Positions 1-12,330 of a stretch of 64,000 nucleotides of DNA are shown one piece after another (the stretch's first letter is position 1; each line of letters opens with the position of its first letter). The position numbers and the translations under genes are program-made. The DNA is taken from NCBI GenBank assembly GCA_030265395.1, contig JARFYF010000052.1, forward strand, positions 86,026,416-86,090,415, written 5' to 3'. This DNA is from Rhina ancylostomus. Its lineage: Eukaryota. Below the pieces are notes generated by a model. That model was not told the DNA's origin and searched no databases. It saw nothing but the letters and a program-made list of their open reading frames with translations.

Positions 1-887
1 CGCCGGAGGTTTGACCATATCCATGTCGACCTTGTCGGCCCCCTCCCAGTCTCCCGAGGAGCGCGGTACCTCCTCACAATTGTCAACCATTTCACCCATT
101 GGCCCAAAGCCATTCTGCTTGCGGACACCTCCACCCAGTCCAGTGCATGGGCCCTTTTGTCAACCTGGGTGGCCTGTTTCAGTGTCCCAGCCCATATCAC
201 CTCAATTCACCTCTGGCCTGTAGTCAGCCATTGCCGACTTGTGGGGTTCCCAAATCCACCTCACCACCACCTATCATCCGCAATCCAACGGGCTGGTAGA
301 GAGGTTCCATCGGCACCTGAAATCGGCACTCATGGCCCACCTTATGGGGCCCAGCTGAGTGGACGAACTCCCCTGGGTCCTGCTGGGGATACATAGCTCA
401 CCAAAAGAGGACCTGAATGCCTCGTACACAGAAATGGCTTATGGAACGCCCTTGGTAGTCCCGGGAGAGTTCCTACCAGCCCCTCGGTGGCCAGAGGAAG
501 AACCTGCTGCGACACTTGACTGGCTGCGCAAGCAGCTTGGCAACCTGGCCCTGATTCCCACCTTGCGACACGGACAGACCCCGACCCGTATGCCAATGTC
601 CCTCCGAGACTGCAAATTTGTCTTTGTCAGGAGGGGCACGCACCAAACACCACTGCAGCGGCCGTACGAAGGGTCATTCCGGGTCGTCAAGCACAAAGGG
701 ACTACATTTGTGTTGGACATTGGGGGGCGTGAGGAGTTTTTTACAATTGACCTGCTGAAGCCGACTCATTTGGACCTGGACCAACCGGTAGTGGTCCAGC
801 CAGCGTGACACAGGGGCAGGCCACCCAAGTCATAGTTTATTTAATTCTGGTTTTCGCGACAGTATCGCCAGTTCTGGGGGGGAGTTA
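1..887 (+). mobile_element. Ty3/Gypsy LTR retrotransposon, 3' internal region (disrupted integrase) with polypurine tract
   Basis: Frame 1 reads RRRFDHIHVDLVGPLPVSRGARYLLTIV. After frameshifts it continues TYHPQSNGLVERFHRHLKSAL, then DELPWVLLGI...PLQRPYEGSFRVV (rve core plus GPY/F module). In-frame stops are present. PPT ggggggga at about 876-884 sits just before the LTR. The element runs off the left edge. Confidence 0.95.
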
Positions 888-1133
888 TGTAGTGACTTAC
901 CGATAACGAACCAGCTCCCGTGATCGCGAGCGTTGTCGGAGGCCCCGATCCAAGATGGCGCGGGACACTCCTCCTTCGTTGAAAGCCCGTACACAGGAAG
1001 ATCACGTGACCCGCACGTGCCCTCAGCGTGGGAACAGTGAGTATTAAAGGGGCAGCGCGATCCAGTTGTTCATTCGACCCTTCGACTTCAAACAATCGTC
1101 TCGTGTCTTTATTCAGCGTAGCTAGCCCCTACA
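888..1133 (+). mobile_element. 3' LTR of the Gypsy element (246 bp)
   Basis: Starts TGTAG a few nt after the PPT and ends CTACA (5-bp terminal inverted repeat). ATTAAA at 1043-1048. CpG-rich, with an abrupt change to AT-rich DNA after 1133. Confidence 0.9.
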
Positions 1134-2261
1134 ATGTATGCTTTCCAGCAGTGCTAAACAGAAGAGTCAGCAACATTCATTGGGCACTAATAATAATCAC
1201 ATGAAATAAAATTGTATCTCTTCGATAACAACATTAGTACTGTGATGCATGGCATTGTTACTATGCTAAAATGCACAATTATAATGATTTATTTTATTAT
1301 TATACTGAGGGAGTTTTAAACAACTTAACAGTGATCCAATGTGACAAATGCCATCAGTAGCTTTTCCTGCATTATTCCTCAGGGTTCCACCATTAATTCA
1401 GTGTCTCTAACATGGTGACAGAAACTAGTGTTATATTTGCAAATAAGAAGAAAATTGTAAATATACACTGATGGCTATCTGGGATGGATCCCAAATAACA
1501 TACATGCCATTTTGTCTAGTTTTTACCATTTTCCCTTAACAACATTAGCTACTGGAAAGGGTTTTTAAACACTGGGAGAAGGGCTTTCATTCCTTACTAC
1601 GTCTCCAGCACAATAACAGCAGTGCCATTGACAGACAGGAATATATTGAAATATTCTTCTTATAACACATAATTTTGGAACACGCTGTCAAATAAAATAA
1701 CATTTTAGTGCCGTAGTTCCTCAAGTCTTTATCACTTACACCATTAGCTGCAAGGCACATAGTGAAAATAAAATGATGCCCTGATATGGACTGAAATAAA
1801 AATGTTAGGAAGAAAGATCATTTAAACTACTCTCATCATTTGTTGCAGAGCTAATTTCATTCAACCTGTGTAGCACTGGCAGGGATTAGTCAAGCATATA
1901 TGTTCATCAGGATGAACACAAAGTATTTTAAGTGCAACGTGTCTCACTGAGATAAATGGTGGTGCAGTGGTAAAATACTTATTTCACACTTCCATAGCCA
2001 CAAGCTGGCCCAGCAAGGAGAAATGATGAACTCTGCCGTCTTATGAGGGATATATTGCATTCAGCAAAGATGTATTTTTCACACAGTCTGAAGAAAAGAA
2101 CCAACCAGTATTCTAATTATCACACATTGAACCTATTGCCTTCGAAACAAGCCATCAACTGTATCATGACTGGTGCTTCGTGTGGGACCATTGTCTGTTC
2201 TGTTTTCAGAGAGCAGAATTTCAGACCGTTATCCACCTCCACCCAACATCAAGAGAGATGG

Positions 2262-2680
2262 GGAACAACAGGAGTGGACCATGCAGACCATTGAAGCTGC
2301 TTCCCCCACCCCCCCACCCCCCGTTCAGAAGGCACGGTCGTTCTTCTGCCTGGTCCACTTTCCCACTCAGTCCCTAAATCCCTTGAATTCCCTGATTTTA
2401 CCTTATCTGTCAATCTCAGCCTTCTCCAGAGGGCTGTGAACACTGAGTGAAGAGAATCCAAAAGACTCACGACCCACTGAGTAAAGGAAGTTCACCCATC
2501 TCAATCCAAAACCAGTGAACATTTATCTTGAACGATTTCTCCTAATTCCAGACTCCCTGGCCAGATGAAATAGCCTACATCATCTACACTGTCAATCCCT
2601 CTCCCAATTCTGTGTGCTTCAATCAGGTCAGCTCTCTTTCTGCTAAACTTTAGTGCGTTTAAGTCAACCCTCACCACCTC
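2262..2680 (-). mobile_element. Old CR1 LINE 3' fragment
   Basis: Minus-strand translation KFSRKRADLIEAHRIGRGIDSVD resembles the CR1 ORF2 C-terminus (RRLRGDLIEVYKIMRGLDRVD), followed by a decayed 3' UTR. Confidence 0.75.
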
Positions 2681-2997
2681 CAGGTACAGAGATGACAACA
2701 GGATGTAGTCCTCCACGCATAGTCTCCCCAAAGCCCTTTACAATTGCAGCAAGACTTCCTTTCTATTTGCATAAAACCTATCATATCATTTACCTTCCTA
2801 ACTATTTTCAGTACTTTAATATTAATGTTCTGTCAGTGATTGATCAATATATTTCTTTTATTTTCTTTCTGACCGTTCTGATTAGTGAAGTGTTTCAAAT
2901 CAGGGCATATCAGTGTGAGCAAGATCTGCATATTTAAACTGATGAAATCTAGTGTAAACTAATTAAACTAATAAAAACAATTAGTTAATTCGAACAG

Positions 2998-4043
2998 ATG
3001 CCTGGGCAGGCGATGGATTGTAATTGCAACATGTGGGAATTGGTGAACACCTTTGTGCTGAACGGTGACCATATCTGCAGCAAGTGTTGGCTGCTTGAGG
3101 AACTTCAGCTCAGGGTCAATGGACTGGAGTTCATGCTTCAATCTCCTTGACACATCAGGGAGGGGAAGAATTACCTGTGTACGGTATTCCAGCAGATAGT
3201 CACACCCCTATGTCCAAACTGGTGGATGGTCTGTGACAGGACAGCGTGACTGCAGAAAAGGCAGTTATGGGATCCAGAGAATAGTTCCAAAGGAACCTCC
3301 ATCCTTACCTCTGACTAACAGGTACTAGGTTCTTGCTGCCTGTAGGGACATGGGTGGGAACTGCAGGGAGGATGTGCAAAATGTCCATGGCATTAGGCCA
3401 CAAGGGCCATCCAAATGAAGAAAGAAAAGAGAAACGTAGGAAATAGCATGGTTAGGGGAGCAGACACTGTTCTCTGCTGCAAAGAGTCCTGAAAACTGTG
3501 TTGCCTGGCTGGTGCTAGAGTAAGGACATCTCTTCTGAGCTGGAGAAGAACTTGGAGTGAAAGGGGGAGAATCCAGTTGTCATGATCTATGTAGGCACTA
3601 ACAAAATATGTGGTCCCAGTCTAGATGAAGGGTCTTGACCTGAAATTTCGACTGTCCATTCCCCTCCATAGATGCTGCCTGACCTGCTGAGTTCCTCCAG
3701 CATTCTGTGTGTGTTGGACGACATGAGTGGGACTAGGAAGGAGTTTCTGCTGAAGGATTCTGAGGAGCTCAGGACAAAATTGAAAAGCAGAAGCACAAGG
3801 GTGATAATCTCTGGATTATTACCTGAGCCATGTGCAGATTGACAATGGGTAAACCGGGTTAGAGAGGTAAATGCATGGCGCAAAGTGTGGTGTGGGAGAA
3901 ATGGGTTCCACTTCAGGGAACGCTGGCATCAGTACTGCGGGAGGAGAGAGCTATATCATTGGGATGGGCTTCACCTAAATCATGCTGGGACCAGTGCCCT
4001 GGTGAAATACATAACTATGGTAGTACACAGGGTTTTAAACTAA
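2998..4043 (+). pseudogene. Decayed CR1 LINE ORF1 (zinc finger, coiled coil, SGNH esterase)
   Basis: ATG at 2998: MPGQAMDCNCNMWELV...DHICSKCWLLEELQLRV. SGNH blocks GNSMVRG (about 3440), CCLAGARVKDI, VGTN|D, RVIISGLLPEP and WDGLHLNHAG (about 3960). Stop at 4041-4043. Several stops and frameshifts, plus an insertion at about 3603-3717. Confidence 0.88.
3603..3717 (+). mobile_element. Penelope-derived short element with hammerhead-like motif, nested in CR1 ORF1
   Basis: cagtc-tagatga-agggtc-tt-gacct-gaaa-tttc-gactg, then the family tail ctccatagatgctgcctgacctgctgagttcctccagca. It splits the GTN/D codons of the host ORF1. Confidence 0.75.
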
Positions 4044-4146
4044 TAGGAGGGGAGAGAGCTTCAAGGACAGGATGTTCATTAAACAGAGGGAAAGAGAGTG
4101 TTCTGGCACAGGACCGTGAAGGGGGAAAGTGTGACGTTGGAGCAGA

Positions 4147-4346
4147 AAATGAGGGGCATAGATAGGGTGAACAAGCAATATCTTTCACCCATTATTGAGC
4201 AATCCAATACCAGAAGGCATGCATTTAAGGTGAGAGGGGGTAGTTTCAGAAGAGACATGAGGGATAAATTTTTTACTCAGAGAGTGGTGGATGCCTGGAA
4301 TGCATTGCCTGATAGGTTAGTGGAGGCAAATTCATTGGGGGCTTTT
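4147..4346 (+). mobile_element. CR1 LINE ORF2 3' end (runs into gap)
   Basis: KMRGIDRVNKQYLSP...TRRHAFKVRGGSFRRDMRDKFFTQRVVDAWNALP. Shares gtggaggcaaattcattgggggctttt with the copy at 7398-7633. Confidence 0.92.
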
Positions 4347-5439
4347 NNNNNNNNNNNNNNNNNNNNNNNNNNNNNNNNNNNNNNNNNNNNNNNNNNNNNN
4401 NNNNNNNNNNNNNNNNNNNNNNNNNNNNNNNNNNNNNNNNNNNNNNTGTGGGAGGACTGAACAAGGGAGTTGCAGAGAACAGATTCCATGTCCTTGCTGA
4501 GCTCACTCACACTGAGATTCAGTGCAAGTTCACAGTTGGATTCTGCACAGCTTACACATGGTAAAAGAGGCATAAAGAACTGACCTTTCTATGCAGCAAG
4601 AATAACAATCTCAGACTCATTCAAAAATTGGTTTTCCAGAAAAGCTCTTTACTCCACCCATGAAGTTCCCTGGATGAAGAAAATAAGATCTGTAAACGGG
4701 CAATGGATGGTCACTGGGGTGGGCAGTGGGGTCTGGTTCTGTGCCAGATGACTGAGGGAATGGAGGCATCTGCCCATATAAGAATGATTCCTCATCTGAT
4801 CTTGGCAGTGATACTGGCATGAATAAGGCTGCATCCTAACTTTCCACCTTTGGCATTTCTCCCTTTCTCAAGTCTGGCACATGAAGTATTGAGAATGCTG
4901 AGCAGTGCTCTCCACACCAGGGGATTACAGAGTATCTGGGATCTGCTATTTGGAGATGTTGCTTCCTTACAAATTAAACACAAGGAGTAACAATCATTGG
5001 CTCAACAATGAGGTGTGTTTCAACTTTTTTCTACCTTAAATACCTTTTTAAATATTCATTTTCAGGAGGTGGGTGTCACCTAGAAAGACAATTTATTGCC
5101 CATCCCTAGGTGCCTGACTTTGATACTGAGCTCCAGTGAATGTGCTAGGTTGGTGTGGTACTAAACAGTTAGACCATATAAGGTAATCATGGTTCCTTCC
5201 CAAAGGATACTGAGTCACACGTGTTGTGTTTGCTTGTAGTGTTTGAATGTCTAGATCTTAAACATTTTGTGACATAATCAGACAAGTTAATTATTTTGTA
5301 TTTGATGACTGGTGGATTCAAATGCTGTTTTATGAGCCCCCAGGGCCTTGTTCTATTTGAGTCACCTTGGTTCATCGATTACTGTTGAATACTCCTTCAC
5401 TGCAGTGTGCAGGTAATGTTTGCGTAAGTGTGAATTTGG

Positions 5440-6535
5440 ACTTGTTCATCCTCAACTTGTTCTCTGCAGAGAAGATGAGAAAGCCCCTTGCACTAAACAT
5501 CCATGAAACAAAGGTCCTCTGCCAAAGCTCCCCTCACTGCACAACACTGCCCACCCAACAATACAGGTTCACAATGAGACCTTGGAAAATGTGCAGCCCT
5601 TCCTATTGGTTTATTATTGTCACTTGTACTGAGGTACAGTGGAAAAACTTGTCTTTTATAACAATCATTCAGGTCAATTCATTACACAGTACAATTGCAT
5701 TGAAATAATAGTGTGCAGTGGGGTAGTACAGGTAAAAACAATGACAATATAGAGAAGTGCAGTGCAATAGGTGCAAGGACAGAGCCACCACTTGTCAAAG
5801 ATGAGATAAAATCCAGCACCACCTCCAACACAGCCTTTAATTCACCAGAGGAAAAGAATACTAAAAGATCAAAACTTCAAGCCTAATACAAAGCTCCTGA
5901 ACCATAAGGCAGCTGTGATTCCCTATCCCCCCTCTACATTTCTGACACATCCCACAGCTTCTATGATACATTCTAGACAACCTGCAGCAGGTACTTAAAA
6001 GCACTGAGATCCCACCTACATGGGTCTCTGCAAAATCCTTCAATCCATTGGCAAGACAAGGGAGCCAATGTCAATGCCCACTCGCAGGGCTGACATCCCC
6101 CACCATCGAGACCCTGATTGCACTCAGTCAGCTCCAGTGGGTAGGCCACATTAGTTACTGGCCCAACACTAGATTCCCCAAACAAGCACTCTACTCCAAG
6201 ATCAGTCACAGCAAGAGATTACCAGGTGATGGTGGGAATGACTCAAGGATGCTCGTAATGTCTCCCTGAAAAATGTAACACCTTCACCAACTTGTGGGAG
6301 TCCCAATGTGACCAATCAAAATGAAGAGAGAGCATTCGCAAGGTACTGGGAACCTTGGTTCCCTTTGAGAGCAAAAGCAAACCCAAAGAAAATGGCTTGG
6401 GGAAGCAACACATCGCAAACTATCCACCCTGTCACAAACAACTCTTGCCCAAACTGTGTGGCTACCACACTGACCTCCTCAGCTATCTCAGAATATGCGG
6501 AACCAGAATGGAAACGAGTCATTGCAGGCTCCAAG
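5440..6535 (+). mobile_element. Decayed RTE-clade (BovB-like) LINE, 3' portion
   Basis: LNIHETKVL before the nested insert. Later TIETLIALSQLQWVGHISYWPNTRFPKQALYSKISHSKRLPG, like the RTE C-terminal LRWxGHxxRMxDxRxPKQxLYxEL motif. Confidence 0.8.
5604..5780 (-). mobile_element. Rex1/Babar LINE 3' UTR nested in the RTE
   Basis: ggtttattattgtcacttgtactgaggtacagtg matches the tails at 19203, about 21150 and about 55930; two of those are attached to Rex1-type coding sequence. Confidence 0.8.
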
Positions 6536-7397
6536 GGAGCACCTGACAGCCAGCAACTTTGGATTTCTTCAAACGGCAGCAGTGTGTTTTGCAGGTCAAG
6601 GAATTCTCTCACTTGCTGCAATCCCCCAACTGACCAGTAGGGTTGCCATAGAGCAGTTTCACCCATGGTGTGACCACTTGCTGTGGGTCATGGGACTGGA
6701 AACCTGGGAATTAATGCAAAGAATTAGAGGGCAGAAACAAAAGCTTATTCATTAATTTAAAGCACAGTACATCAAGTAAGAAAATGTTGATTACCTTGGA
6801 TTTATTTAACGCATTTCTCATCCACTTATATCCCAAATGAGTTAAGAGTAAATGGCAAGGTAATGGTCCACAGTTTCAACATGCTGAACATTTGTCTCTC
6901 CCCCAGTATAGAGCTGGAAAACCCAAGTTTTTTCAATATCAACATTCTCATTTTCAGCTATCATGAGCATGAGTGATTCAGATGCAGAAATCTATTCCGT
7001 CAAATAGGTAAATGAGATCAGTTCTGGAATTCTGATCTCCTCCAAATATTTTATAGGGCAATTCACAGGTTATTTTTTGTTAAGGTGAGAGGATAAACTG
7101 ATGTACTAACAGGTTGTACCATTACCATTGAACCATCATTAAAGCGTTCAGAACTAATTAAACAGTTGAAAAAAATCACAAGGAATGATGTTAAAAGTAA
7201 CATTACAAAAGTAATCAAACAACATTTACAGAAAGAAAAGGATGGAATGAGAAAAAGCCACTCGGCCCTCAGATGACAGGCGATCCCTTGTTAATAGGAG
7301 GAGTTGGTCACACAGTCCCTTGAGCATCTGCTGCTATTTAATAAGATCATGGATGATCTGACTGTAAGTGATCTCGCCTCCACTCTTCTGTAACCTG

Positions 7398-7633
7398 GGG
7401 TAGGTTCAGAAGAGACGTGAGCGGTACATTTTTACTCAGTGGTGGGTGCCTGGAATGTGTTGCCTGATAGGGCGGTGGAGGCAAATTCATTGGGGGCTTT
7501 TAAGAGGGGCTTGGATGGGCACTTGAATGAGAGGAAAATGGAGGGATGTGGGCGTTCTGTAAGAAGGGGGGATTAGCTATGTCAGCACAACATTGTGGGC
7601 TGAAGGGCCTGTTCTGTGCTCTACTGTTCAATG
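7398..7633 (+). mobile_element. CR1 LINE 3' end
   Basis: ttttactcag...gcctggaatgtgttgcctg...ttttaagagg, then the CR1 tail gggctgaagggcctgttctgtgctctactgttcaatgt. Confidence 0.9.
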
Positions 7634-7689
7634 TAAACAAAAGCATGCAGCACAGAGTAAATCCAGTTTGTGAAAACTATACAAAAATG

Positions 7690-7900
7690 GTCTTTAATTG
7701 AATGCACATAGCACTTGCAATAAGATAGATGAGTTGATAAGAACCCTTCAGTAATAGCTATCACTGAGATGTGACTGCAAGATGACCAGGGTTGGGTGCT
7801 GAATATTCCAAGTTATACAATGTTCCAAAAGAACAAGGGATAGGGTGGCACTGTTAATTAAGGAAGGTATCAGAGCAGTGTTGAGTCATGATTTAGAGGC
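7690..7900 (+). mobile_element. CR1 ORF2 APE-endonuclease N-terminal fragment
   Basis: LNAHSTCNKIDEL...IAITEM*LQDDQGWVLNIPSYTMF...VALLIKE. Confidence 0.75.
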
Positions 7901-8084
7901 AACAGATAATGATTACAATCAATCTGGTCATACATTAAGTGTATCTGCCTGTCTTAATAACTATTGGAGGTGGTCATGCTCCTGCTTGTGCCAACACTGC
8001 CTCTACACACACCCACTGATCCACATGAAGCCTTCTTTCTGGCTAATCCTATAACGTATGTGTAGTACAAAAGCAAAGTGTAAG

Positions 8085-8165
8085 TCAGAAATTAAAATGG
8101 AAAAATGCTTGAAATACTCAGAAGGTCAGACAGCATCTGTGCAGAGCGAAACAAAGTATCAACAG
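8085..8165 (-). mobile_element. Penelope-derived tail fragment
   Basis: aaaaatgcttgaaatactcagaaggtcagacagcatctgtg is the reverse complement of the family tail at 43450-43550. Confidence 0.7.
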
Positions 8166-9935
8166 CCTTCCCTCATGATCAGTGCCAACCACTGAGCTTA
8201 TGCTTGCTGTGAGTGGAAGGAGGAGTTGGGAGCAGTGATTATAGGAGAATTCATGGAGGCAGGGGCACAGTGACATGTGGGGCTGCAGGTGGTGTTCATG
8301 TAAAGAGAAAGTAACTGAGCTGAGGGATTAGATTTCAACTCTCCAATGAAGTCATCGTGCTCCTTTCAGCACAACAGTCATATCCTCGGGTTGACCTTCC
8401 CTGTCGAATCTTCCTGTTGGTTTCAGTTATTAACTGCAGGGCTTTTTCCTTTCTCTGCCATCACAGCGGCAACCACCCAGCCCCACATCCACCCAAAAGG
8501 AGAGTAGGATCTCTTTGCACAGGTCCACTGGCTCTCCAGGACCTCCAGTGTTACATTGTAGACCCTAGTTATGAACCTGCATTTCTCCCTACACATTCTC
8601 TCCTGCCTGCAGCCAGATGGCACCTCCCTCTTAGTTGTATTAAAAACACATGAAATATTATTTTCCTCCCACACCCAGCCCCACTATCCTAACCAGATAC
8701 TAGGCAGTGTGAATAATGTTGGCTGCATTATTGATAAAATGTCACCTACACCTTTTTCAAATGATCCTAATCCAATAATATAATAACAGTTCCTTCAAAT
8801 TATTGCTAAATTTACAAGTTACAAGGCATTTTGCTTTGCACACTGTAATATATTCTTCTTGACTGTACGGTCAAACTACTATAATGCATGGTAGCAGACG
8901 AGTGGTTCTGCTGTTAAATATTTAGTTAAGATATGTCGGTATAATTTAACATCCATATTTACCATATATGTGGGCATGCATGCAATCTGGACAACAGAAA
9001 AGCAGATAAACTTTAAGTGGTTTTATTCAGACATCAAGAGAGACCGAGAGAGCAAAACATCCCTTGAGAGAGAATGTTACAAAAATGAGAATTTCAAAGC
9101 TACTGGAAGTAAATTAATGAAAATTCCTATATTGTTTTTTGCAAGGCAACCATTAAGGTTAATTTAGTTCACAACATAAGATCACCATCTACTGGCTCCT
9201 CCCACAGCTGCAAAGCAGCCTACGTCACCATAAACACATCTGATCATCTCCAGATATCACATGGTAATATATCACAAATGCCACAGCCTTGCGTATGAGC
9301 CAGTTTATCTCAGGAACAGAAGAACTGAAGCTGCCTGCCAGAATGGAAGGCCAAGGCCAGGGCATGAACCTTTTTGCTTTTTCCAAAGACTAGACAACTA
9401 CTTCCAACACTCAGCTGACACAAAACTAGTAAGTAACAATTAAGAAAGCACTAAGAGATGCATGCATGGTAACTGTCACATTAGTTCATTAAAAGGACGT
9501 AACCCCCCCCCCCCACATCATTATTTCTATGACACAGTACTGTTGTTGTGGATTCCCAGTGAAATAGCCAAGTCCCATGACTCCAAACACTGCTTCAAAA
9601 GAAACATTCCCCTCACACCAGCTAATTTTAGCAAAACCATCCAGATTACTGATTCAGCCTTTACTGGAAATTCCTTTTTTGCTTTCATATTACATCTGCT
9701 GACTCATTAAGTTCTTTAGACAACCTCAATTTATCCTTTGAGGACTGATTGTTCCACCCTGTCTTCAGAAGCTACTTCATGTTTTGTAGTATGATTTTAT
9801 TCCAAATTGAAATCAAAACAATGAACAAAAATTATTAAAAAGTTCCTTAATTTCAACTGCGTTCCACTCTTACCTCATAAACATCCTTAGACTCCAGGAT
9901 ATTGTTCAAGTGACCAACTTTTACATCTGAACCTT

Positions 9936-10062
9936 GATAGAGTCATAGTGTTGTACAGCACAGAAACAGGCCCTGCAGCCCATCACATCCACACCAACAT
10001 TTCTTTGCCCATCTGCATTAATCCCAATTGCCCATACAAAATCTGTATGCTTCTATGCCTTG
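9936..10062 (-). mobile_element. CR1-type 3' tail fragment
   Basis: atagagtcatagtgttgtacagcacagaaacaggccctgcagccca is the reverse complement of the CR1 terminal tail. Confidence 0.7.
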
Positions 10063-10429
10063 CATTATTACTATTATTATTATTATATTACATTATTTAC
10101 TATGGGAGAAATATTATGGGGAATGTTTCAACAGCAGTGTGAAGCAGGAGATATGAGAGAGCTAGTGTTTGCACATCCCTGAAATTTCACTTCCATTAGT
10201 TGGGCAGTCTTCTGCATTGTTGGGCAGATGCAAGTGTGTAGAACAGCTTAGTTAAGGGAGCAGCAAAGCCTCTCTAATACATAAATCTGTAGCACTGCAG
10301 CTGGGATCTCTTAGGGGTTGTCAAATTTGATGTTCCCTTCCTTCTCCTCCTTCCTAGAATCCCTTGCACCCACTCTCTCTGACATTTGGCCAAGCTAAAA
10401 CAATCACTAGCTAAAACAATCACTCTCTC

Positions 10430-10795
10430 CCCTAGTGGCTGACGGTGGCTGCAATTTGTACCATTTGCAAAATGTGCTGCAGTTATTTGCCTTGGCTATT
10501 TTGACAGCATCTCCCAAACCCACGACCTGTATCACCCAGAAAGGCCAAGGTAGCTGGTGCTTGGGAACACCACCACTTCCTGCTTCCTTCCAAGTGACAC
10601 ATTGTGATTTGGAAATATGATACTGATTCGTTATAGACATCAGGCCTAAATCCTGGAACCTCTACCAAAAGCAGTGTAGGAGTATTTTTGTTAGAAGGAC
10701 TATAGCAGTTTTAAAAGGTGGCTCACCACCACCTTCCAGAGGGCAATTAGGGATGGGAAATAAATGCTGACCTTGCCAGTGACTGTCCATCATCA
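10430..10795 (+). mobile_element. L2-like (CR1/L2 group) LINE 3' end
   Basis: Tail gctcaccaccaccttccagagggcaattagggatgggaaataaatgctgaccttgccag. Related copies lie at about 5048-5112 (-), 28290-28740 (-) and 56300-56680 (+). Confidence 0.7.
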
Positions 10796-11999
10796 TATTG
10801 AACTGGCTATGTAGGGTGGAATAGTTTTGTTTGATCCATTTGTTTTGGGATGACTTACTGTAGTGAACACTCTGGCACACAGCCCTGTTGTTTTACTCCT
10901 GGCACACTTTTCCATGATCTCCATTGATCCAGAATTGGTTTCGCAGCTTAACATTGATAACTACTTTAATTCACAGGCTGTGGGTGATATAGAAATTGGC
11001 TGTTGCTGATGGCCCACGAGCACCTGTTGGTTGCTTAGTTCTGAATTACTGGAGCTGACCTGAGTCTGTCCCACATCACGTTGACAGTGCCATGGTTCCT
11101 GTTGGTCCTTAATTGCAAACACTCTGGTGCAACTTTCATTTTCCTGGCTTATATTCCTGAAGAGGTTATTCTGAGTTAATTGTGTTGGCTGTCTGACTTG
11201 TGGTTTATTTGGAGGCTATGACATGACAGGAAATCAGACCATGGTATTCCAAAAGTATCATGGCAGTGACCCTGTCACAATGGTTCGTGTATGTCAGCAT
11301 AACGTCAGCTGAAGTGAGATAGGCTAATCACCTACAAGCATTAGCAGAGCTCCCGCTACACCTCTGCTGAAACTGAAATGGCCCAATAAGAGCAGATTTA
11401 ATGGAATTCCGGAATGTCATGTCTGGGATGAAGTGCAGCAGTTATAACAGACAGAAAGAAAGCAAAATAAAAAGAAGAAAAATAACAAGAAGCTATTAAA
11501 TGGCAAACACAATGTGGCATCATCATCTTGAATATTAAACTGACTCAGACGACAATTCAATAATGTAATGCTTTCACATAGAAATATGGCAAGATGCTCC
11601 ACAGAGCACAGAAATAAAGAGAATTATGAAAGCTACCTAAAAGGGATAGTCAGAGGGACAGTGAATGCAAAGTATTTTTAGAGGTGGTTCCAGAAGAAAA
11701 AGTTAAAGAAGGTGTCCAGAGCCTTCGTACCTAAGCGGCAGGGATGTAAGGATCCAGGAGTTGCAGTGGTCAGATCCACAGCTGAGTATGAAACATGGCA
11801 CAAAACTAGGCTGGTGAGAGATGACATTATATAGTTGTGCAAATGCCTATTCAAATACACATTTAAAAAGACCTTGAGCTCCCAGCACAATTTCCACAAT
11901 GTATCGTCACACTACATCTAAGCATAAAAAGCAGATAAAATACTGTCCAAATGTAGTAAGACCTTAAGAACACTGAAAAAGACAAATATTACATTGAAA

Positions 12000-12330
12000 A
12001 TTTCCGAGACAACAATCTGCTGTGGATTAGGATTGGCAAATGATTAATTGTTAATAAAAAATGTAATTATTGTTCTGCTCTGCTATAGGTTTTAGGTGTG
12101 TTAATCAAAATCACCCATTGTTCTTCACAGTTCACTACTAATCATCAGCCCAGAATGTGTGCTGAATTACCAGCCCTGTGCTGATGATGTAATTTTTTCC
12201 CAGTGGCACTTGGGAGCAGTGAGGATTGCAGACATCATTCACAGCCAAGAGTACAGATGTTTCTAATTGCTTTCCATTACCAAGAATAACAGCTGTTTAT
12301 ATCTATCAGCAAATAATTCACAAGAGCTCC
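12000..12330. promoter_or_regulatory. Candidate conserved non-coding element
   Basis: No recognisable repeat and no credible ORF. Clustered TAAT/ATTA homeodomain cores (tgattaattg, gtaattattg, ttaatc, ctaattg). Conservation not tested. Confidence 0.3.

Noticed and set aside
359-808. 149-aa ORF as a host or domesticated gene
   Set aside because: It is the C-terminal part of a broken Gypsy integrase, preceded by stops and followed by the PPT and LTR.
10393-10424. 16-bp tandem duplication agctaaaacaatcact x2
   Set aside because: Ordinary slippage-type duplication with no functional cue. The same applies to the 14-bp duplication at 28852-28879.
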